Source: Felis catus (taxonomy: Eukaryota). Taken from it: 64,000 bases of DNA. The stretch lies in the NCBI RefSeq assembly GCF_018350175.1, contig NC_058373.1, forward strand, positions 99,946,001 through 100,010,000. Reading direction: 5' to 3'. Both the position numbers and the translations under genes were made by a program. Below, piece after piece: positions 51,467-64,000 of the stretch. The notes beneath the pieces were generated by a model that worked only from the letters and a program-made list of their open reading frames with translations, searched no databases and was not told the DNA's origin. The first letter of the stretch is position 1. Every line of letters begins with the position of its first letter.

Positions 51467-51799
51467 CTGAAATAAACAGAGATGTAATTTGTAGAAAAAT
51501 CTGATATATAGTTATCTAACATATATTTTGAGTAAGTTAAAGAACCTAATCAAAAAAAGAAACTTAAGTCTTTTGAACAAATTATCAGTAGTAAGAACCT
51601 AAGCATTTTAATACTGATTTAAAATCACTCTCTCAATCATTTGTCTGTCCCTGTGAACATCAACCAGGAACAGTTGTGAGAAATGGTGCTCATTCTCCAC
51701 CCAAACCACGTTAATATATTTAAGTTGTATTCACTAACATCTCACTCTGGTCAAAGAATCCCTTACAAATCTCTAAGCCTTGAACACATTTCAGCCCTT

Positions 51800-52250
51800 T
51801 ACACATCTAAACTGAAGGTTTCTTTTCAGAGAGTATAAGGCTCTGCATGACCTACTTCTCCCAACTCTGTACTGTTTTACCATTCCTCAGGTCTACATAC
51901 TTTTGGCACACCTGAGGGCCTTTGCACACACAATTCTTCTGGCTGAAGACTATTCCCTCTGCTCCTCACATATCTGGTCTCAGTTTAAATATCATTGCCT
52001 CAAAGAAACCATCCCTGTTGGTGCTATGTAAGTAGGTCTGTAGCATTTTGTCTTTAATTTACATTATCTGATCCTTCCTAGTTCTTATCACAATTTATAA
52101 TTGCTTATATATTTATTTACTTGCTTATCCCTGCCTTTCTTATTGAACTGTTCCTTCTTTCATCAGGACCTTGCATATTTTATCACTATATCCACAATAA
52201 CTTAGAATAGAACATAGTACACTAAGTAAACAATATTTGTTGAATGCATG
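51800..52250 (+). mobile_element. L2 3' end relic
   Basis: gagggcctttgcacaca...cagtttaaatatcattgcctc...aatatttgttgaatgcatgaa. Confidence 0.6.
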
Positions 52251-52552
52251 AAAGAAAAAACAGGGTGGGAATTATATATTCTCATTCATTTGAAGAAGTG
52301 CAAATCCAAAACAGAAAAAGAGCTTACTTACTCAAAAATACATTTATGGAATTGAGGAGCCAGGAACAGAACATAAAACAGGTCTCTTCATTCCTAATTC
52401 AATGATCTTTCTACTTGACCATAATTCTTCCAAATCATCTTTTCAGTGTATAGATCAGACTAATTAGTCACATTTCTTCATCCAAAAGAATCTCCTTTTT
52501 AAATTTTCCAGTTCTGTATAAATTATCCATAGCAACTCATTCCACTTAATCC

Positions 52553-52554
<2 letters not shown>

Positions 52555-52596
<42 letters not shown>
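52555..52596. repeat. (TG)n microsatellite
   Basis: Direct reading. Confidence 0.97.
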
Positions 52597-52598
<2 letters not shown>

Positions 52599-52726
52599 TT
52601 GTTAGGCTAAACTTAAAGAATTTTTTTAAATTGTCCCATGTTCATGTACTTAAATAAACTATTTCCAATAGATTAGTCAACCATGGTTTCTTCTTAAGGA
52701 AAACATGGTACTTTCTGCTTACACAA

Positions 52727-53195
52727 CAGTTCTCAAACTTTTTGGTCTCAGGATACTTTTGTACCTTTAAAAATCACTGAGCCCCTCAAAGAGCTTTTGT
52801 TTATGTAGGTTATATCTATTTATAGTAATTAAATTATAAATTAAATAGAAGTTAAAATAGAAATTAAAACAGCAATTTAAAAATATTTGTTATTTATTGT
52901 AAAAATAATAAACACCACTGCATAGTAACACTTTATTTTAAAATAACTAAATTTTCCAAAACAAAAGAAAAAGTTGGTGATAAGAGTAGCATTGTTTTAC
53001 AATTTGCAAATCTCTTTAATATCTGGATTAACATAAGACAGCTGGATTCCCATATCTGCTTTTTCACTCAATCTGTTGTGACATCACACAGTATATCATA
53101 TAGACTCTGAAAACTGAATTCATAAGAGAATGAAAATGAAAAAGGCAAATAATGTCTTAGTATTATTATAAAACTATTACTTTATGGGTACCCTG
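52727..53195. mobile_element. hAT-Charlie-type DNA transposon relic (MER119-like)
   Basis: cagttctcaaactttttggtctcagga...cccctcaaagagcttttgtttatgtaggttatatctat start; aaaaggcaaataatgtcttagtattattataaaa near the end; family name from memory. Confidence 0.65.
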
Positions 53196-53299
53196 AAGTA
53201 AGTACCCTAAATTACACTGGCTTACATCTACATTATAGATTTCTTCAATTTTTTAAAAGAAATGTAAAACTTGACATTCTGTAATTGCCAGGGTTCTTT

Positions 53300-53474
53300 G
53301 TTTTATTTTTTTTTAATTTTTACAGTTTTTTAAAGTTTATTTATTTATTTTGAGAGACAGAGTATGAGTGGGGGGAAGGGGCAGAGAGGGAGAATCCCAA
53401 GCAGGCTCCACACACTCAGTGCAGAGCCCCTGTGGGGCTCAAATTCACAAAACCGTGAGCCAACCAGGCGTCCC
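53300..53474 (-). mobile_element. Can-SINE (older subtype, internally deleted)
   Basis: T-rich tail, gagaatcccaagcaggctcc body, caaccaggcgtccc head. Confidence 0.88.
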
Positions 53475-54401
53475 TCTTGTTTTGTTTTTAAAAGAAATAT
53501 TTACAAGGCATTACTCACTATATGCTAGATATTTTCAAGTTTTCATTTAAATTTAAATCCTCAATGGCATTATTTAAATATTATTTATTATACACACACA
53601 TACACGCACACACATGAACACACACAAAAAACAGTTTGAGGGATTAAGTAACTTGTGGAGGTCATAGTGACAGTCACTGGTAGAGCTGAGATTCAAACTC
53701 AGGTCTTCTGGCACTAAGGCCAAACTGTGCTATTATTGACCACTCATAAATGGGAAACCAGGTGAAAAGGGAGGTATCTAATGAATAGTAAGGGAGTCTT
53801 GGTGGCAATTTGGGTTTTTTGCTGCTTATACATTTTAGCTAGCCTGTCCAGAATTACCTTTGAGACATTTCAGTCTGTGGGGAGGTGCCATCTAGTGAAC
53901 TTAACTGAGCTACCATGGAAACTGTAAGCCTGGAAATTACATCTGCCCATTCACCTTTATTGCTCTAGCAACTCTAATCCATTTGCTTCAAAAACCATAT
54001 CTGGGAGTAGAAATCCCCCTAACCTTGCTTCTCAACAAAACTGGCAACTATAAATTAACAAAAGTCAACATTTGGGGGGCACCTACCACATGTCAGGCAT
54101 AGTACTAAGCACTCCAGGGTAATGGTAATTTTATCAGTTCGGGAACTGACCAGCTCTGAACTCCTCTCTTTTGCTTTGGGGATTTCCAGTTTTCTATATA
54201 TTCAAGTCCCTCCCACACACACACATCAAAAGTTAATGATGTCATAAACTTGCTCTTCTAGGCTTCCTGCTGCAAGGCATGGCCATAAGACCCAGGATCA
54301 CTTACCTAACATTCTGGACCAGAAGCCAGTGATGTAAAGTATACGGGACAGTATAGAATTATTTCAAGAGGCAACATAGCAACAGTCAGCTTTAAATGAC
54401 A

Positions 54402-54600
54402 GGGGCGCCTGGGTGGCTCAGTCAGTTAAACAGCTGAGTCTTGATTTCGGCTCAGGTCATGATCTCCCAGTTCATGGGATCAAGCCCCACGTCAGGCACT
54501 GTGCTGATAGTGCAAAGCCTGCTCAGGATTCTCCCTCTCTCTGTGCCCCTCCCTGCTGGTGCTTTCTCTCTCCCACTCAAAATTAATAAACCTTTTTTAA
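54402..54600 (+). mobile_element. Can-SINE (older subtype), probably inside an old LTR relic (~54130-54870)
   Basis: ggggcgcctgggtggctcagtcagttaa head; the flank ends with LTR-like aaatccttttctgcttaagccagtcaga. Confidence 0.88.
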
Positions 54601-55396
54601 AAATGTTAAAAGCAGGAATGACAACAGTATCAATGACAGCCCCAGCACAGGTGACACAGGCTGTGGCATCTGACACTCAGCAGTAATGCGGCAGGTCATC
54701 CCCAGACTAGTTGTGTATCATGCTTTGACTATAATTTAGAGCCGTATTAAGTCTGAGTCCAGTTCTCCAGCCCTTCTAGTGAGCCTGAGATTTCCTATAT
54801 CCACTCCAAATCCTTTTCTGCTTAAGCCAGTCAGACCCAGATTCAGAGGCTTATAACTAAAAACACTCAGAAATGCACTCAGTCTTGCTTAATTTTCATA
54901 GCAACCATCTGAGATCAGTACTATCATTAACTCCATTTTGCAGATAAGGTCATGGGGCTTAGAGAGGTTACCTTGCCTAATGTCCCAAAGCTCATTAAGT
55001 AGTCATTATCCATGAGATAATAATAACCAAAACTAATGACATTCATAATCTAATGATCTCCATGATTGTTTCCCAGTGGCTTCCTAATTTTAATAAGTTT
55101 TTAATGTTAATTTCCAGAATATGGGGACATCGAAGGATCTCTAGGATCCATGCATAAGCCTGTGCTCTTTCATTCAAGTCACAAAGAGGAGAAAACTGAC
55201 AGAAATGCATAAAAGGAAAAGTCTGTCTTGGCATTTCCTTGTTTAATGATGGGGTAAAACAGCCTGGGGTTGCTCTGACCTGGGTGCTCTCCCTGCTCTA
55301 GAAAGGCATTCCTTTTGCTTGGCATTCTTTTCCGGACACCCTCCTATCACAACCATTGGGTACATAAGATATATAACCCAGAACTGAATGGGTGTC

Positions 55397-55517
55397 AAAA
55401 AAAAGAAAAGAAAAGAAAAGAAAAGAAAAGAAAAGAAAAGAAAAGAAAAGAAAAGAAAAGAAAAGAAAAGAAAAGAAAAAAAAAAAAGAAAAGAAAAGAA
55501 AGGGAAAAAAAAAGAAA
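55397..55517. repeat. (AAAAG)n pentanucleotide / polypurine tract
   Basis: About 120 bp of A/G only, mostly perfect AAAAG units. Confidence 0.97.
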
Positions 55518-55719
55518 CTGAAGAGTCTATTTGACCCTGCTTTTGGAGCAGCAGGCATTCAGCCTTTTTTTTTTGGAAAAAAAGACTATTTTTACATTAT
55601 GTTTCTGTCATTACTCAGATTCTAAAACGCCAGTAAAAAAGGGAATATTCTCTTCTATTTTCCCATACCAAAACCCCTGTGACAAAAAAAAAAAAAATTT
55701 TTTTTTTTTAAAGAAAAGA

Positions 55720-55845
55720 GGGGTGCCTGGGTGGCTCAGTTGGTTAAGTATCTGACTCTCAATTTTGGCCCAGGTCATGATCCCCCGGTTCATGAGTTCC
55801 AGACCCGCATCAGACTCCCTGCTGACAGCGTGGAGTCTGCTTGTG

Positions 55846-55879
<34 letters not shown>

Positions 55880-55945
55880 CCTTCAGTGCACACTTTCTGT
55901 CTCAAAATAAATGAACTTTAATAAAAAAAGAAAAAAGAAAAAAGA
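55720..55945 (+). mobile_element. Can-SINE (older subtype)
   Basis: ggggtgcctgggtggctcagttggttaag head, (CT)n, A tail. Confidence 0.92.
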
Positions 55946-56480
55946 GAGGAGGAGGGGAAGGAGGGAAAACAACACAGGGAGAAGAACAAATTATACAACC
56001 TTCTAATCCTCATTTGAGATTATAGTGCCTTAATCTCCTATACCTCACTTGACCTCCCTCACACTGGTTAGATATATGATATTCTCAATCAACAAATAAA
56101 TATTAGTTCTATTTTAACTTTTTCTAAATTTTACCCCTTTTCATCCAAAAACTGGGAGTAAAATTTTCCTCATGTAATTATCAAACCACTGAATTCCACG
56201 AGATTTAACTATGTATATTTTAGAAACCATGGCTAAGAACCTCTAGAATATAAATCCCAATAATTCTTAATATAAGTTGTATTTATTTTGCAAATTGGTA
56301 TCATTTTCCATATGGTTCAAAACACAAGGAACCAAAAAGTTAACAGTCTACCTACAACACCTTCCCCCAATCCCAGCTCCCCCATTCCATTCCTGTCAAC
56401 CTGTATTATCAGTTTCCTGCGAACCTTCAGTATCTGTGCCATATACATATAAGCCATAAACATATATTTATATATGCCTT

Positions 56481-57040
56481 TGTTAGAAGACAATCCTCCC
56501 TGGATTTCTCAGTGTTCCTACACAGTCCAAGTCTCCTGCAGATGAAACCTGCCTGGCAGGATATGACCTTGGAAACTGTCTCCTCGGCACCTTCTAAGCT
56601 AGTCTCAATTCCTTAGAAGCCATCAGCTCCCATTCAAAGAGCAATAAAACCTTTCCTATCTTCCCTGGAGCCAAAGAGAAAAATTTAGGGACAGAAACCT
56701 CCTTCTCCTGCCCCAGAGAGGATTTGTTAACTTTCAGAGAAAAAGATAAGCCTAGCACTCAATCTCCAGAAGGAAATATTAGATGTTCCAGCTCCTATAG
56801 AAGCTCAGAGAGTCATAATTTCTGAGTTCTCCTCCAAACCTTACTATCAGTACAGGTGTAAGCATATGGTTCTTACTTTACTGCTCTGTGGAGAACTGGG
56901 TAGAGGGACTTAGCACTACCATGCTACCCTGGCTGCTATCACTGTTGAGGGGTCTGATTGCTGATTCAGAGGGCTGGTGTTTCTGCAATTATATACCCAA
57001 GCAGGGTAACATCTGAGACCCTTCAGAGTTCTGGACTTAA
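56481..57040 (+). mobile_element. ERVL-type solo LTR relic (MER54/MER73/MER74-like)
   Basis: Starts tgttagaagacaatcctccctggatttctcagtgttcctacac and ends gagacccttcagagttctggac, resembling this LTR group; family from memory. Confidence 0.5.
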
Positions 57041-57676
57041 TACCTGCTATCTTACACACATGCAGCTGTATGATACTCTAAACACTTGGTTTATTTGACT
57101 TAATACATCCTGAAAAAATCAAGGCAAGAAAATTTTAATAGATCAATATGTCAGTATATTTTTAACCAATGATATTTTAGGAATATTTTAAATATCTTAC
57201 CAAAAACATACTTAACTGGCAATAAATGGTCTAAAATACAGAATTCTTTAACTATTTTGTGTCAAGCTTACCCTAACTTTATACCTGTTATTCTATTTTT
57301 AGATTTTTACTAACTTAATCTTTTTCTCAATTGCAATTTTCCTATATTAAAAGAATAAAAAGTTAGCTAAAACCTTGATCTCTCTTTCTGCCAAAGAAGC
57401 AAAGTCAAATATAATAGCAGATCACTGGTCTCAATCAAAACACTCTTACATAAAGAACAAATTAAAATGCTTTGAAGAAAAAAATATCATGGTTACACCT
57501 TTTTAAAAAGCAAGCCAAATAAAACATATAAATATTCTCAAATGCACATTTTAAGTATATATAAAAGTATTTTTAAGAAATATAAAAACAATCCAAACAT
57601 TATCCACAAATATTTTTTTTTATTTAATTATGAAGTTTTAAGAAGTGGATTTAGGTCAAAAATAACTGACAAGTTA

Positions 57677-57914
57677 GGGGCACCTGGTTGGCTCAGTTGG
57701 TTGAGTGTCTGACTTTGGCTCAGGTCATGATCTCACAGTTGGTGAGTTTGAGCACCATGTCGGGCTCTGTGCTGGCAGCTCAGAGCCTGGAGCCTGCTTC
57801 AGACTCTGTGTCTCCCTCTCTCTCTGCCCCTCTCCCGCTTGCAAGCGTGCACACGTGCTCTCTCGCTCTCTCTCTCTGCCCCCCCCCCAAAATAAACTTA
57901 AAAAAAATTTTTTT
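57677..57914 (+). mobile_element. Can-SINE (older of a tandem pair)
   Basis: Preceded by aaaaataactgacaagtta and followed by aaaaataactgacatgt. Confidence 0.94.
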
Positions 57915-57931
57915 AAAAATAACTGACATGT

Positions 57932-58158
57932 GGGGCGCCTGGGTGGCGCAGTCAGTTAAGCGTCTGACTTCAGCCAGGTCACGATCTCACGGTCTGTGAG
58001 TTCGAGCCCCGCGTCGGGCTCTGGGCTGATGGCTCAGAGCCTGGAGCCTGTTTCCGATTCTGTGTCTCCCTCTCTCTCTGCCCTTCCCCTGTTCATGCTC
58101 TGTCTCTCTCTCTCTGTCCCAAAAACAAATAAACATTGAAAAAAAAAATTAAAAAAAA
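57932..58158 (+). mobile_element. Can-SINE, young felid subtype, inserted in the TSD of the previous SINE
   Basis: Perfect TSD aaaaataactgacatgt at 57915-57931 and 58159-58175. Confidence 0.96.
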
Positions 58159-58571
58159 AAAAATAACTGACATGTTAATTGAAATTAACATATTTGAATA
58201 AATGCCAGTAAGTTTTGGCTCAACAGTTTATTGCCTAATAAAATTCTTAACTTAAACTTAGAAAAATTATTTACATATAACTATATACATACTATATAAT
58301 ATACAATATATATGAATAGTTCTTATGTACATATTTAGTATCAGATAATGCTATCTTAGAAAAAAGATAAAGCTCTTATGTATGTATGTAATATGAAATA
58401 ACAGTGTCTTAGAAAAAAAACACTCAAGGATATAAACATAAAGAGCTGTTTAGCTCCAGGTAATGGGATTATGAAGCATTTTAGGTGAGATTTTCATGGC
58501 TTTCTATATTTCTCATGCATTCTACAATAAAGATATTGTTCCTGTAATCTAACTAGTTTCTTGTTTCAGTC

Positions 58572-58792
58572 TTTTATTTTAATGTTTATTTTGAGAGAGC
58601 AAGAGAGTGTGCAGCAAGTGGGGCAGGGGCAGAGAGAGACTGCATGTGAGTGGAGGAGGGTCTGGGAGAGAGGGAGAGAGAGAATCCCAAGTAGGTTCCA
58701 CACCATCAACACAGAGCCTGACATGGGGCTCAAACCTACAAACAATGAGATCATGACCTGTGCCAAAACCAACTAAACCACCCAGATGTCCC
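58572..58792 (-). mobile_element. Can-SINE (older subtype)
   Basis: tttattttgagagag tail, gagaatcccaagtaggttcc body, ccacccagatgtccc head. Confidence 0.9.
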
Positions 58793-58809
58793 TCCAGTCT
58801 CTCATAAAA

Positions 58810-59899
58810 TAATAAAAATTCAGGAAGATCAAAGGGCACAAATTTAATACACAGAAATCAGTATTCATATATTTATATATATTATACATATAACTATACA
58901 TCATACTTCTGTATTTCACATATACGTGTATTATAGATAGATACACGCCCATAAAATATCAATGTGTGTATGTTAGAAGACAATGAAAGAAAAGAACCCA
59001 TTTACAACAGAAACTAGAGAGATAAAATATCTAGCAATATACTTAAGTGTCCAGTCATAAATGATGAACGTATTAAAACACTATTGGAGGATAAAAAAGA
59101 AAAGCTGAACAAATGGAAAAACATCAGGATCTGGGATGGGAAGATTCATTATAGAGAAGTCAACTGTCCCTAAAATAATTTCTATGAATTTAATATCAGT
59201 AGGATTTAGTCAGGGAGGGGAAGAAACCAGACAAGTTAATTTTAAATGTCATATGTAAACAACACAAATAAGCAATTCTAAAAACAGAAATATGAAGGGC
59301 CTGGACCGTTCAGATATTATATTATGAAGGCTCAATTATTAAAGCAATGGTACTGCGATATACAGAAATGAAACAGAAAGTGCAAAAATAGACCTAAATA
59401 TACATTTATGAGAGTTGAGTATAAAAGGCAACATCTTGAATAATGAAAGATCCACTAATCTCAGTTGTGTTGAGATAATTATGTAGCTACCTGGCTAATA
59501 TAAAGCTAAATCCATTCCTTATACCATTCACTAAGTTAAATTCCAAACATCAAGGATTTAAATGAAAAACAGAAAACATTATAACACTAAGATAATAAAT
59601 ACAACCACACAAATAAAGCAAAAACAATTTAACGGAGAAAGGATAGCTAAAACAATTGGACATCCACATGCAAACAAATGAAATTAGACGCTGGCTTTAC
59701 ACTTTCACAAGAATAACTCAAATAGATCAGAGATCTAAATGTAAAACATCCAACTATAAAACTTTTGGAAGATAACATAGAAGAAAATCTTGGTGACCTT
59801 GTATTTGGCAATGAATTTTTGGATACAACACCAAAAGCACAATCCATGAAAGAAAAAAGTGTTAGGCTGGAATTCATTATTATTAAAAACTTCTGCTTT
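58810..59899 (+). mobile_element. Old L1 ORF2 relic(s)
   Basis: aatacacagaaatcagta, aacaaatggaaaaacatc, aactcaaatagatcagagatctaaatgtaaaac, acaacaccaaaagcacaatccatgaaagaaaaaa. Confidence 0.75.
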
Positions 59900-59936
59900 G
59901 GGGAACATGGGTGGCTCAGTTGATTAAGTGTCTGAC
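59900..59936 (+). mobile_element. Can-SINE 5' head only, interrupted by an L1
   Basis: ggggaacatgggtggctcagttgattaagtgtctgac runs directly into an L1 T-tract. Confidence 0.8.
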
Positions 59937-60230
59937 TTTTTTTTTTTTTCTCTTTTCAAATTTTTATTTAAATTTCAGTTAGTTAACATACAGCGCAATA
60001 TTGATTTCAGGAGAATTTTTAAACAATTCATCACTTACATACAACACCCAGTGCTCATCATAAGCGCCTTCCTAATACCCATCACCCACCTAGCCCATCC
60101 CCACCTCCCTCCCTCCATCAACCTTCAGTCTGTTCGCTATCATTAAGAGTCTCTTATGGTTTGTTTCCCTCTCTCTTATTTCTTTCCACCCCCCTGCCCA
60201 TATGCTCATCTGTTTTGTTCCCTAAATTTC
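59937..60230 (-). mobile_element. Carnivore L1 3' terminal fragment
   Basis: T-tract, tttttatttaaatttcagttagttaacatacag...ttaagagtctcttatggtttgtttccctct. Confidence 0.88.
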
Positions 60231-60239
60231 GCGTCTGTT

Positions 60240-64000
<3,761 letters not shown>

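Noticed and set aside
55298..55625. Lys/Arg-rich and Phe-rich ORFs
   Set aside because: They are translations of the (AAAAG)n repeat.
55684..55709. A14-T12 palindrome
   Set aside because: A simple homopolymer junction beside a SINE target site; common and uninformative.
4897..57999. Recurrent MAQSVK...SPSLSAPP ORFs that look like a small-protein family
   Set aside because: They are Can-SINE consensus translations, mostly starting at GTG or TTG.
4886..58158. tRNA genes (A- and B-box-like motifs)
   Set aside because: These are tRNA-derived SINE heads followed by a SINE body, CT tract, A tail and TSDs, not tRNA genes.

Overview
This is mammalian genomic DNA, almost certainly from a felid (cat family), based on the tRNA-derived Can-SINEs of the SINEC_Fc type and felid/carnivore L1 3' UTRs. 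The species cannot be fixed from this window. The whole window lies inside one minus-strand gene, TXNDC16 (ERp90, an ER protein of the PDI/thioredoxin-fold family). I reconstructed 12 consecutive internal coding exons (51466 down to 576; 1450 nt, 1 nt + 483 codons). All have GT-AG boundaries, compatible phases and no stop codon. The start and stop codons lie outside the window. The introns hold about 28 Can-SINEs, several L1 fragments of different ages, MaLR/ERVL LTR relics, DNA-transposon relics, L2/MIR relics and microsatellites. I found no evidence of a previously undescribed biological system. The most interesting observations are local rearrangement footprints: a 5'-inverted L1 and a SINE that used one palindromic TTTAAA target from opposite strands, a 92-bp tandem duplication that starts exactly at a SINE junction, a ~190-nt inverted duplication in a MaLR relic, a SINE inserted into another SINE's TSD, and a multi-layer nested insertion. 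Repeat family names come from recognition of the sequence, not from a database search.
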